A DNA stretch of 62,821 nucleotides from assembly GCA_013239625.1 (NCBI GenBank), contig MU054125.1, forward strand, positions 1-62,821, written 5' to 3'. Source of the stretch: Lama guanicoe. Lineage: Eukaryota. The translations under genes and the position numbers were made by a program. The notes under the pieces are model-generated. The model worked only from the letters and a program-made list of their open reading frames with translations, did no database searches and was not told the origin of the DNA. Below, piece by piece: positions 24,601 to 36,589 of the stretch (its first letter is position 1; each line of letters begins with the position of its first letter).

Positions 24601-25862
24601 CGCCAGGCAAGAGTACATGTGCATGGCAGAACACAGTTTTACCCTATAAGCAGACACTTCAGGGCTCTTTGTCCCTGAGTAATGATATGGGGGTTGGGCG
24701 AGCACTGACTAATTTTCAATGGTTTTTAAAGATAGTTCATTTAAACAGGTCTTGGAACAGCTGGTAACTGCCCTTCAGGGGATACAGAATGGGACAAAAG
24801 CTTTAACCACATAGCACCACAATGCCATTAAAATACTTTGACTTACTTATTTCTGTATATCACATATCACATATGTGCCATATAGATGTTAAATATATAT
24901 ATTTATATAGATAATAATAACTGCCTATAAATGATAAAAGATTTGAAAGCATGGTTAAATACCATTACACTGTAATCGATAAAGAAACCTGATCACAATA
25001 ACCAGAATTATGACTGGTAATATTTCAGATATACCCCACCCACAACCTTGAGCCTGCTCCCTACTTCAGGTTGATTGAGTTTATTCAGCCTTTTCTAGGG
25101 GTCTGGCTGTTTGAGGCTTGAGAGATGGGAAATGCATTTGAGCATGAATTAAAAAATCTGCAGCCCCGCCTGTCCCCTGGGAGCCACACTCCAGCACTGA
25201 CCACGTGGCCAGGTGAGCCGGGGCATGTAAGGGACAAGCTTGGGAAACAGCACCATTGGACCAACTTCCCAACCTTTGCTGGGCCCAGAAAGGGCAATAA
25301 GATTTGGGCCATTGCTGAAAGGCTCGGGGTAAGAGTGGAGATTACAGAGACCGTGTGTTGAGGTGAGGCAGAGAGATGAGATGAAACAGAGCACCAGCAA
25401 GGAAGAAATCACTAATGGTAAGTCTGTTTACAGTTGGCTTTGTGAATGTGGTGGAAGCTTCTCTCCTGCCCCTTTCCCACTTCCAGTAGCGTCTCCAGTC
25501 GTGGCTAAGATTTCAGGTTGGGATATGTGGCTCCTGCTGAAGCTGATCTTAAATTGCTCAAGAAGCAGAAGAGACCAGCCCACAAACATCTGGGTTACAT
25601 CCACTCCAGCAAAGTAGCAGGGGCAGTGATCTGCTGTGCCAGTGCAACACAAAGGCAGGACACAGCCACACCATGCACGCGGGCACGCAGCCTCCCTGCC
25701 CCAGTGCCAAAGCAGCAGTAGCACGAAGCCCGAGTTCTAACCCTGGCTCTCGCACTAACTTGTTTGTGACCTCACGCAAGTTAGGTCTGACCCCGGGCCT
25801 CAGTTTACAGATCTGTAAATGAAGGATTTGGCTGACGTCCGAGAGGACCTGAAGTCTCTCTC

Positions 25863-25880
25863 AAGAATAACATCCCAGCT
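25863..25880 (+). repeat. Left target-site duplication of the EEF1G retrocopy
   Basis: AAGAATAACATCCCAGCT, identical to 27286-27303. Confidence 0.95.
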
Positions 25881-26045
25881 GGGCCGCCGCGGGATACCGA
25901 ACTGTCGTGCGTATGCCTTCTATGCCGTCCTCGCTTTCCGGCTGCTGTTTCTCCACGGCTCTCCCCTTCCCCCCTCCCTTCTCTCCCTGACGGCTTACTT
26001 TGCGGCAGCGCGGAGAGCCCCACCCCCTTTCTCTGCGGAATCACC
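25881..26045 (+). promoter_or_regulatory. 165-nt GC/CpG-rich 5' leader including the parental TOP/TCT start motif
   Basis: Lies inside the TSDs. The pyrimidine tract CCCCCTTTCTCT (26023-26034) sits just before GCGGAATCACCATG, with an ETS-like TTCCGG at ~25935-25940. Confidence 0.55.
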
Positions 26046-26891
26046 ATGGCGGCTGGGACCCTGTACACATATCCTGAAAACTGGAGGGCTTTCAAGGCCC
26101 TCATTGCCGCTCAGTACAGCGGGGAGTGCTCTCCGCCCCACTTCCATTTTGGCCAAACGAACCGCACCCCCGAATTTCTCCGTAAATTTCCTGCGGGCAA
26201 GGTTCCAGCATTTGAGGGTGATGATGGATTCTGTGTGTTTGAGAGCAATGCCATTGCCTACTATGTGAGCAATGAGGAGCTGCGGGGAAGTACTCCAGAG
26301 GCAGCAGCCCAGGCGGTGCAGTGGGTGAGCTTTGCTGATAGCGACATAGTGCCCCCAGCCAGTACCTGGGTGTTCCCCACCTTGGGCATCATGCACTGCA
26401 ACAAGCAGGCCACAGAGAATGCGAAGGAGGAGGTGAGGCGGATTCTGGGGCTGCTGGATGCTCACTTGAAGACGAGGACTTTTCTTGTGGGTGAACGTGT
26501 GACGCTGGCCGACATCACAGTTGTCTGCACCCTCTTGTGGCTCTATAAACAGGTCCTGGAGCCTTCTTTCCGCCAGGCCTTCCCCAACACCAACCGCTGG
26601 TTTTTAACCTGCATTAACCAGCCCCAGTTCCGGGCTGTCTTGGGGGAGGTGAAACTCTGTGAGAAGATGGCTCAATCTGATGCTAAAAAGTTTGCAGAGA
26701 GCCAGCCTAAAAAGGACACCCCATGGAAAGAGAAGGGTTCTCGAGAAGAGAAGCAGAAGCCCCAGGCCGAGCGGAAAGAAGAGAAAAAGGCAGCTGCCCC
26801 CGCTCCTGAGGAGGAGATGGATGAATGTGAGCAGGCGCTGGCTGCTGAGCCAAAGGCCAAGGATCCCTTTGCTCACCTGCCAAAGAGGTAA
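26046..26891 (+). CDS. EEF1G: Open ORF (281 aa): eEF1B-gamma GST-like N and C domains plus Lys/Glu linker, lacking the C-terminal EF1G domain; expression unknown
   Basis: [26 protein letters not shown]...[10 protein letters not shown]. The stop TAA is supplied by the retained donor G|GTAA. Net 5-codon deletion near residue 27. Confidence 0.6.
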   Translation: MAAGTLYTYPENWRAFKALIAAQYSGECSPPHFHFGQTNRTPEFLRKFPAGKVPAFEGDDGFCVFESNAIAYYVSNEELRGSTPEAAAQAVQWVSFADSDIVPPASTWVFPTLGIMHCNKQATENAKEEVRRILGLLDAHLKTRTFLVGERVTLADITVVCTLLWLYKQVLEPSFRQAFPNTNRWFLTCINQPQFRAVLGEVKLCEKMAQSDAKKFAESQPKKDTPWKEKGSREEKQKPQAERKEEKKAAAPAPEEEMDECEQALAAEPKAKDPFAHLPKR

Positions 26892-27252
26892 GGGTGTCGG
26901 AATGTAGGGGGCATGGGACCCAGGAAGGCCTGTGCTCGCCTATGTGTGTTCCCCTCACACTGCTAGAGCCTAACTAGAATTTTAGGTTGTCCGTACAAAA
27001 TTGAAAGATGCATTTCAGTTGTAAATAAAGCAACTTCCTGAATTTATCACCAAGAATTGGGTAAATTTTGGAAGCAGGTAGCAGGTTCCAAATGCATCGA
27101 TATTTGGGTATATCAGCTCGCTTTCTAGCAAGGAAAGCAGACTGGCCCAGAGTTCCGTGTGGAGGTGAATTGATGGTGAATTGATTGGTCTTGCGCACGC
27201 TTGATAAGATCTTGCTTCTATCTGCACCTGCCCTTCAGGGAGAATGGGGGTC

Positions 27253-27258
27253 ATTAAA
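27253..27258 (+). terminator. Intronic polyadenylation signal ATTAAA
   Basis: Ends 15 nt upstream of the poly(A) tract that abuts the right TSD. Confidence 0.85.
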
Positions 27259-27914
27259 GGAAACTGAACATTGAAAAAAAAAAAAAAGAATAACATCCCA
27301 GCTTCTGACAGGTGTTCAAAGCCAGGTGGAGTTCATCAGGGAAAAGCAGGCTCTGTCTGTGTTAGGTCATGTGACTGCACGGCCAGCCCACATAAGAAAA
27401 CCCTCCTGCAGGAGAGCCCACCCTGGAGAGGCCACTCTTCCACATTATCTGCGACTTTGTGGGATAAAATGTCTGTAAGTGGAAGAAAAAGCAAACAATT
27501 ATGTTTGTTCCTTTATGGGTGACAACCTGGCAGAGGCCCCACCCCTGGCTGTCTGGAGCGGGTGATCTCTCTGGACGGAGCCTGAGGTGTGGGGGCCAAG
27601 TACCTGGCCTAGTGATGTGGGCAGAGGGATTTGGAGCCCCAAGGACATGGCTGCTTAGTTCTTCTGTGGCTGCCAGGCCCCAGCTCTGTCTTCCTCGTGC
27701 CTGGGAGTCAGCTTGGAGCTGCTTCTCCATTCAGCTCAGATGTGCAGGAGCATGGCTGTGGCCTCTCAGCAGAAATGAAGACATCTGGCCTTTGTGAGAA
27801 CCCTGTCATCCCAGACAGCATGACACAGAATGTTTATTGAGTGCCAGGCACAGTTATATATACTTGAACCCTCACAACAGTCCTGCGACGGAAGAATTAC
27901 TATCATCCTCACTT

Positions 27915-28155
27915 TATTTTATTTTTTAAGATTTTGTTACTGAAGTACGGTTGATTTACAATGTTGTGTTAGTTTCTGGTGCACAGCATAATGATTCAAT
28001 TACATATATATATTCCTTTTCATATTCTTTTTTATTACAGGTTACTACAAGCTAGTGAATACAGTTCCCTGTGCTATACAGTAGGACCTTGTTGTTTATC
28101 TATTTTGTATACAGTAGTCTCTATCTGCTAATCCCAAACTCCTAATTTATCCCCA
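27915..28155 (-). mobile_element. L1 3' end inserted within a MIR (MIR ~27830-28270)
   Basis: ttgatttacaatgttgtgttagtttctggtg...aatcccaaactcctaatttatccc, with MIR halves on either side. Confidence 0.8.
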
Positions 28156-28579
28156 TTTTAGAGATAAGGGAACTAAGGCACAGAGTGGTTAAGTAACTTG
28201 CCCAAGGTGACATGTGGGCAGAGGGCAGAGGCAGGGCTCAATCCCAGGTGGTCAGATTCCCAAGCCTTTCATTTTAGCCACATATTATACTGTTTCCTTA
28301 ACATGGCTGGTGGCTCATATTTTCTATGCGCTCATTTAAATGACCGTCTTCCCTGCTGGATTATAAACTCTCAGAGAGCAGGGCCCATGTCTCAGTTACT
28401 CACACTGGGCCTGCAGTGCCCAGCAATTACATGGCACACAGTGGCTGCTCAGTGAATCCCTGATTTATAAATGCAGGCACAAATAGATCCATGAATAGAA
28501 TCCACTAGGTAAGAGTTAAGGAGCGATGCCTCCTTCCAAGATTCTTAAGCTTCCTGAAAAGAAAAAGGTTAACTACATT

Positions 28580-28790
28580 TGTTAAATGCCCACTATATGC
28601 CAGATACTACGTGAAATGTTTTACGTGATTGGTTTCTTTAATTGTCGTAACAACGAAGAGATGTACAGCTTCATACTTCCTTACATATGGGAGAAACTGA
28701 GGCTCAGGGAGCTTAAGTCAGTTGCCCCAAATCCTGTAGATGTAAATGGTAGAGCTGAACTCAAACTCAGGACTATCTGACCCCCGTAAC
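28580..28790 (-). mobile_element. MIR SINE
   Basis: gagaaactgaggctcagggagcttaagtcagttgccc. Confidence 0.7.
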
Positions 28791-29439
28791 ATTCCTTGAC
28801 CATGTGTTATTACTAGCGTGAGTCCAAACTTAAACCAGTCCTGGTCAAAGATACCTTTTTAGGCTTAGATGGTTTGGTTTGGGAGAAAATTAAGAATCAC
28901 ACATAGTACAATGTAAATAACATAAAACTAGTGTCAGAAGTTGGGGATTTTAAGCTTGTCACCTTCAGTAAATTACAAAATTTCTCCCCTATCTGGTCCC
29001 ATCTGTAAAATGAGGAGGCTCAAGCAGATTATCAGTAAAGTACCTCCCAATTCCAATGGTCTATGACTCAATGAAAAACTCAGAGCCCAGAAGAGGGCCA
29101 GGAGATGTTGCAGAGGTCCCGCAGGGCCTCCTTCCGGCCCACCGGAGGTTGTGATGAAGAGGACAGCACTGAGAAGGTAGGTATGAGACACCCTTAAGTT
29201 TTTTCCTAATTCCCTCATCCTGCCTGAATCTTGTGAGCCATCGGAGTCCTAAGTCATTCAGACGTCACTAGCTCAGTGACAGGAGCTGGTGACAGCTTCT
29301 TCAGCACCCCTGATAATGCTAAGATTTTAAGACAGAGCAGATGATATAAAGCCAGGTTATGATTATTGGAAAGAAAATACCTGGGCATCTAGCAAGGATT
29401 TGTGGTCACATAAGCAGAGAATATTAAAATCAGACCCCT

Positions 29440-30220
29440 AGAGCACTGGGAGGTATGAACCAGAAGCTTACAGAGATGGTTTGCTTGGCCCAAAAGGTAC
29501 TCTAATAATGAAATTTAAGCTAAAAACCCAAATATTCAAATTTTCTTAGGGGAAAAAAGGAAGATCTGAAAAGTGTGGGTCTGCATGCTCACACAGTAAA
29601 TATTCGATGGAGCTGAACTGGGTAAGAATTGCGTTACAAGTAAAGGAAAACCCAAGCCAAGTACCTGAAAGGCTCAGAGATTAGAAGGCGAAGTTGGTGA
29701 GATTTAGGGCCCTATAAGGTGGTCAGGAACCCGCAGTAACTTTCTGCTTCTCCAGTCTTCCTTCTAAGATACTAGCTTCCTTATAAATGGTGGCTCTGGT
29801 TCTAGACTTTACAACTGCCTTCTGTAGAACTGAGAGGAAACAGCCTTTGTTTTTCTCAAAATTTCCAGCAAAGACTCCCAAGATTTGGGCTGACTGGGCC
29901 ACTTTGAACTGATACCTGTGGCTTTGGGAATACCATTCTGTGGGTTGGCTTAAACTTGGATGACCTGAAACAGTCATGATAGCAAGGGGTACAAGGGTCC
30001 TCTGATTAGTTTATACCAGTCAGGGACATAACATGTGGCTTGGGGTGGGTCGCATCCTAAACATATGGGTCGCTGCCCAGTGGGGGAAGGGCAGAGTTGA
30101 TGTTGGAGAGACAGCCCCATTGTCTGCTAAGTCCTGCTGTCCCCCTTGGTGGGTACCTGCTCTCCAATTCACCATACTCCCCACCATTCCCCATTGTTGG
30201 ACACCTGGCTCATTTTAACC
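29440..30220. mobile_element. MER102-like element apparently interrupted by an MLT1-like LTR (~29620-30135)
   Basis: MER102-like halves (ggaagatctgaaaagtgtgggtctgcatg and ctgctctccaattcaccatactccccaccattcccc) separated by LTR-like sequence. Confidence 0.4.
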
Positions 30221-31489
30221 ACGCTTCCCAGATATTGAACAATGAATCGAATTCATGCCCTGCTCTCCACAATTAAATGTAGGTGCCTAGAAAGACACAA
30301 AAAGCAATCAGAATCATTTTACAAATGGGGAAGTTAAGCCCAGGGACCTGGGACATATTCCACAGTTGCAGGTAAGGTGGGGAGAGTTAGCTCCAAATGG
30401 CATGGCTGAGCCAATGAGAGAGCCCAGGGAATTTTGCACTGTCCACATGTTGGCAAGCTTGATGTGGAATGAAGCTGAACGACTTCTTGAAACTTGGATG
30501 GGCTCAATATCACTCAAGAGTTAACTTTCAGTCCATGTATAGATGGAAAGTGATGGAGAAGTCAAGTCAGTTCAGTTGTGATGAGAAGCAGCAGCCTTTA
30601 GTATACATAGGGCGGGGGGAAATTCCTGTGTTAGAAGTGAAATCTAGTTTTTTTCTTTTCTGCTGAGAACTGGGCTGAACGAACACAAGTTGGGTGAAAA
30701 GCTCTCACACAGGTTTGTAAGAGTGTCCTAGGTTCCTACTGCTAAGCAGTTCCAGGAGGTCCTGGTTTGGATGTGGGTGTTTACCGAGATGAACTGCATA
30801 TACAGCCATGAACACAACTAGACAGTTTGACAGTGGAATCAGCGAAATTACAAATCAGTGTATCATGGATGTGGAACAGACAGGTACGTTTCAAGGGTGA
30901 TACAGGGTCAGGAAAGGTGGGCACAAGCACACCCTCTAGAAGGTGCTGGGCACCCTTGGAGTGGAAAGGGGCACTGGGCTTAGTCCAGGGTGGACAACGA
31001 TACTGGAGAGGGGGTATTCCAAGAGGGAATGGGAAGAGGTGATGAAGCTTTATTATTTTCTAGAAGTTAATCTTGCTTTAAGATAAAAAAAAAAGGGCAC
31101 TGCACTCAGGAAAGATGTTGCACTGAGACTGAGTGAGACTGGGAGCAGGCAGTATGTCTTACAGGAAGAGTTTGTGTCCAAGGAACTGACAATTCAGGCT
31201 GTAAAGATGAATGGCAATCTAACGAGACTTTGGCCTTGAAATCCTTTAGTTTCTCACCTGTATGAGGAGGAGTCAGTGGATAATCTCCTAACATCTTTCC
31301 CTCAGAAAATCTTCATTCCAGAAAGGACTGTCATTAACCCTCCCCTCCCCCCTTCTCCTTTCACTGTTGAAATACCCAGTCAAGGACCAATGCATCTTTG
31401 ATTGGATAGATGCCCTGGCAGAGGGGAAACCCCTAGGTAACAGGATAAATTACTGAAGATCATCAGGTATCCATTGCAAGAGGAAGCAA

Positions 31490-32200
31490 AGTCACTCATT
31501 CATTGAAAAAATGTACTGTATTTAGTTTCAACCACATACTACACACTGTTTTAGTAAAAAGATGAACAGAACAAAACAAAAATAGGATCAACACAAAAAT
31601 TATACCCAGACCGTGCCCTGTTTCCTGCAGAACTGATGGTGGGGGAGGGGGTAGTGAGCACCAAGCTTAATCAAAGATGAATCAATAGTCATCAAATAAT
31701 GCAACCAAGTAGAAAACTATAGTAGCAATAAGTGCTTTGAAAGAAAAACAAAGGGTGTTGTAGGGATTTAGAGAAAATGGACTTGATTAGGAGTCCAGGT
31801 GTTTGAGCTGCAAACAAAGGGAAGACGTGTCAGGGAACAGTGCTTCCATGTAGAGGGAACAGCATGGACAGAGGTTGTGCAGCGGGAGGAGGCATGATGG
31901 GTTGGTAGAATTGGTAAGTTCAGTGGTGCTGGAGAAAAGGACAAGATGACTCTTGGAGAAACGACAAAGGCCTAATTATAGGGATATTTTGTACCATGTT
32001 GGGCTTGTTTACCATTATCTTAAAAGCCATAGGGCACCATGTAATGTATGTGTATGTATGTGTGTGTGCACATGTATGTGTGTGTGCATGTGGGAGAGGG
32101 ACAGATCCACAGAGGTGGTGCTGTGAAGTGGTGCTTTGAACAGGTGGCTCTGGGTATTGCATGGAGCACGGATGGGGCAGGTCAGGAAAGGGAAGAGGTC
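31490..32200 (-). mobile_element. L2 LINE 3' fragment
   Basis: An (ATTC)-like tail tcactcattcatt followed by purine-rich antisense L2. Confidence 0.6.
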
Positions 32201-33197
32201 ATATCACTCCACGATTCTGCTGAGCCCCACCACACAGGACTGCAGTGTCTTAGCATTCTGACTGCACAGAACTACGGATTCCCCTACCTGCTCAGCCTCT
32301 GCCCTGACCAGGGATCTCTGGCCGGTTTGGTACCCACAGGGAATTTTAATACCCAGTGGGGTTCAGGGCTAGCCACACCAGAGACACAGCTTCCGGACAC
32401 ACAAAGCACATGCATCCTGTTCTTCAGATATGACCAGACGATGAAATTCTGCCTTGGAAATCAAACACACACACACATACAATGGTACCCTGCACATCCA
32501 TCAGAAACCTTTTCCTTGGACAAATGGTGGTTTATAGGAGGCTGCTCTATTTCCCACCTTTCTCTTGCTCTATTTTAGTAGAATATATCCAGACCACGTG
32601 TTTTTGCTTAGCCTGACACATTCCAAGCATGTTTTCTGTTTTCCATGTACTGGTGAAAGGTCCTCCCTTAAGAAGTAGAAGGAAAAAAAAGAAAAAGTAA
32701 GCGCCCCCACCCCACCCACCCCACTCTACCTGGGTGGCTAGAGGTGCGGCCATTACCCACACACTGGGAATCCCAGGGAGCCCCCCAGGACAGCCTGAGC
32801 AGCTGCTTTCGAAGGCCAGATTGTGGGGTACACCAACAGACTGCCCATGTCCCCCAGGAGCACCCCACTGCAGGCACGAAGAAAGCTGGGCGGCATGGAA
32901 GGCGGCCCCAGCGGCCTTTTGGCAACTCAGACTCACCAGCGCTTTGCCTCCTCGGAACCGCAGTTCTCCCTGAAGTCCTCCTTTCACACTGCTGGCTGCT
33001 CGCCTCCCTCAGGGTCCAGCTTAAATGACGCCCCCCCCCCCACCAGGCCGCCTTTCCCTCCCAGACCGCCCCGTCCAAGGGAAGCCCCCCACCCCCATCA
33101 TTTCCGTCTCGGCGCCTGTTTCTTCAATGCCAGTGGTCACGTGGTAATTACTGCACTGAGCTCTTACTTGTTTCCACTTCTTCCTTGCTCTCACTTG

Positions 33198-33421
33198 GCT
33201 AGATGCTGGCAGACTCTGGCCCATACGCCCAGTCCAGCCCACTGCCTGGTTTTGTAACTAAAGCTGCACTGGGCGGCAGTCACTCATATTCACTGCGCAG
33301 ACTGCCTGGGCAGCTTCCCCTCTTCAAGGCGAGATGCGCTGTTGTGCCAGAGGCCTTGTGGCTTTCCAAGCCCCAAATATTTACTCGCTAGCCTATTACG
33401 GAAAAAGTGTAGTGACCTCTG
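33198..33421 (+). mobile_element. MER58A-like hAT-Charlie element
   Basis: ggcagactctggccc...cctggttttgtaactaaag...aagccccaaatatttac...gacctctg. Confidence 0.65.
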
Positions 33422-34049
33422 CATTAGACGGCAAACTCCACGAGGACAGAGGCTAAAAAAAGATTGCCTTTTGAATCAGAGCGCTCCCAGTTTCCAGCCC
33501 GAGTCTGGCACATAATAGGCACTTGGTAAGGTATTTGTTGGAAGATCCTCAAAAACGCAAGGCTGGGATTTGCCAAGTCAGTGACAAGAGAATGACCTGC
33601 ATCTTTGAACCCCAGATTCTTGGTGCTGGTGCTTTTGTGTAAGGCTTGCCTTGTACTCAGTTTGGAGTTAAAAACCAGAAGATAACCTTCATTCCATACC
33701 ATGGTGCCCTTAAAAAAGAACAAAAGATAAATTTTTAAGAGACGGGGGAAAAAACCCAACCCTCACACTGGATTTTGAAAGACCAACAAAGCCGTAAATA
33801 CGAACAATTCTGATTTATGAGTCCACAGAGGGTTGTCCTCTGTTACGGTGGCAAGCTTGCAGACGGCAGCCCCAATGAAGTGAAATGCAAGAGGCTAGAG
33901 AAAAGGGAAAAAAATTCATCAGATTGTTTTTTCTCCAAATGGGCCAAGAATTCCTGCTGATAAAAAGAGCATCTGTGCAAATCTTAATGTAATGAAGCAT
34001 TTTGGAAAACACTTGTGTAGCACTACCAAGATTTTAAAAGTCACCCAGT

Positions 34050-34265
34050 CATGGGAAAATGTTAGGAACAATTTCACTGGACTCAGTGATGGAATACTTT
34101 GGAAATTATAATTTGATCAGAGACGTCCAATGTGGGTTTATGCAAGGGAGAGTTTAATGCCTAGCCAATTGGAGATAAGTTTCCTCGATAAACTGCTACC
34201 ACAAAAGGTAAGAGAGAGGCGGATATTTACACGCACTTCTAGAAAGCCTGGCGCACAATTTCATG
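34050..34265 (+). mobile_element. CR1/L3 LINE reverse-transcriptase remnant
   Basis: Translates GKMLGTISLDSVMEYFGNYNLIRDVQCGFMQGR, then CLAN and ADIYTHF*KAWRTIS. These resemble the CR1 RT motifs GK..E.II...QHGF..GRSC.TN and VD.IYLDF.KAFDTV. Confidence 0.65.
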
Positions 34266-36589
34266 TACTGTGGCCAATAAGATGTACGAGGGGAGATGAG
34301 GAGACTGCTGGATGCACTGTTCTAAAAACGACCTCACTTCATATTTCAGACTGAACTAAAAGTAAGAAGCCAGGTGAACCGAGTGAACTTTACTGTTTAT
34401 AAATAAAGCAAAAGCTGGAAAAAAAATGTAAAATCATGCAGTTCAAGCAATCAGCCTTTGAGACTTCTGGTCACTTGGTGGTATGTTTCTAGATTTTTGG
34501 CACAAAAATGTAACAGAGGCAAAGATGTAACGTAAACTAGGATGGACATCAAAAGAGTAACAGTCAACCTGTATTGTTAGGAGCTGAGCTACCTGGAGAT
34601 CAGTGAAGAGGAACCTCTTTGCTGTAAGGCAGTCTGTTCTTCACATACCACACACTACAAAGCACAGTTCCTGACCTCCAGCATAAATCCTTAATAAATG
34701 TCTAGCGAAGGATCTAAAGACCAGGTGTCACTGATGGGTCCAAAGAAAGGTCTGAGATGATCATCATGCTCAGAGCCAGGACGAGGGTGAGGCAGGTGGA
34801 GGGACCAGGACACTATTCCAGGATGCTGCCTGCCCACAGGTTCCACCCCTCCACTTACACGTCTCTGAGCGGGTGCCTCCTTACATGGTGTGCCCTGAAC
34901 ACCATGCTCATCTCACCAGAGTCCAGGCTCCTCATCTTTTGTTTTCTGGACAACTGAACCTAAATGGATTACTTTAAAAGAAGAGAAACAGTGTTTTCTT
35001 TCATTTAGAGTTTTGTGAAAGAGACAAATCTTACAATGACAAATATGTATATTTAAGATATATAAAGATAAAATGGTAAGAACAAAAATTATGACATAAG
35101 CTTATTCTCATTAGCATTTAGGCAATAAGTCACACGTTCCTGAGGTGTGAGAATGTGCTTGCTTTCCCGTGGAGAGAGATTGCAGCACCTTCAGCAAAGC
35201 TAAAGCAGGAAGATGAAGTCTGAGACCCTCGTCTCTGAGAAGAAAACTCGGATAGGGTGTTTCTCTTTTTACTCTTGAGTATGAACTTGAGATAGCTACA
35301 AAATACCAAACTACTTTGTCCATGCCCATCAGTCCCCAAACATAGAATTGTGACTTGCGCTGCATTTTGACTGATATTAAGTCAGTTCAGGAAAATACGA
35401 TGAGTTCTGCCTATTCAAGCATGGGTCCCTCCCGGCAAACGTCACGTCTGTCACCCCACATGGGCAGCGTGCCAAGAGCAGTCCGACACACCCAAGTTGC
35501 AGATTGCTGTGATGTGGCTGCTCTGAGCACAGACAGGATTCCTCTCCGTCACTTACCAGCCATGCGCCCTAACAAGCTCACTGTTTCTGAGGGCAAATTT
35601 TCCACTCAATTCTGAGTTGGCACTTCTGGTTTCTAGGTAAATAGCTCAACAGTCCCCACTGGAATGTACTGTGCTGTGCCCACCATCCCAACTGTGAGCT
35701 CAGCCTGTCCCTCTCGCTGTCTGCCCTTGCCCTGCTTAGCTGGGGAAACAAGGCCTGCCTGCTAAATCACCCAATGACGAGGTCTCTGAACTGAGCATCT
35801 CAGCAAGGGCAGATCCGAAGCAGCATACGGTTCCCTTATGTGAGGCGGGCCAGAGCCCAGCTGCTTGTAATGTGCAGAAGTGCCTGAAGAGATGCTGTGT
35901 ATTGATTATGAGATACAAGTGTGAATTTTATTACCTTCTGGGAACAAATAGGAAACATAAAAGCAAGAGCTCTGTGCCAGATGTAAGAACTAAAAGCCAG
36001 TTATCTGATTAGTATTAGAGACACATGCTTTGAATGTGGAACACTTGTGAGCGCTCGATCTTATCTGCACCATTTGTGTCAGACTTTTGCACGCCTGCCC
36101 TTCTCAAATGGGACCCAGATGAAGTTCAACCTTTTGCCTGCAAGAGATGGAGGAGTTCAGTGGATTTCTTTATTTTAAAGCCAGGGTGATATTTTTATAA
36201 CAGAAAGACAAAACTTGGGAAACTGGCTTGGAATCACTGGGAAGTATGAGACAGGAAGGTGCTGTCTCTCTCCACCTGTGTCCCCAGGAGACAGTTACCT
36301 GGGCCCGCTCCTCTTTAAACTGTCAGTTCTGACAGCTGAAGCTGTTTCCTGAGTCTATGTGTTAAACCTGACAGGGAGAGAACCCAGTCACCACCACTGC
36401 CCAGGCCTTAAATGCACTTGTTTATATGTAGCTTGATTTCTTCAAATCCACCACTGGGGGCTCTAAATGTCCCCAGTACCTAAACCTTTTCTTCCTAAAG
36501 AGTGCTGTCAGGGGGTTCCAGGAGGAGTTAGGTCATGGTATTCTTTCAAGACTCTCAAATTTTAACAGCATCAAATTTTTTTTTTTTAA

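Larger units (their letters stand above)
25881..27285 (+). pseudogene. EEF1G: EEF1G retrocopy derived from an intronically polyadenylated transcript
   Basis: Intronless EEF1G coding sequence to ...CCAAAGAG, then GTAAGG (26888) and ~386 nt of non-coding sequence. ATTAAA at 27253-27258, poly(A) at 27274-27285 and an 18-bp TSD. Inserted in a MIR-like context. Confidence 0.93.

Noticed and set aside
26888..27273. EEF1G copy as a genomic duplication or as a retrocopy broken by later deletion
   Set aside because: Upstream introns are absent and the break falls exactly on a GT donor. The poly(A) signal, poly(A) tail and TSD enclose the non-coding tail, so it was part of the inserted RNA.
29160..29312. 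REST/NRSF half-sites (GGACAGCAC and TTCAGCACC)
   Set aside because: The halves are ~130 bp apart and in the wrong order for an RE1 site.
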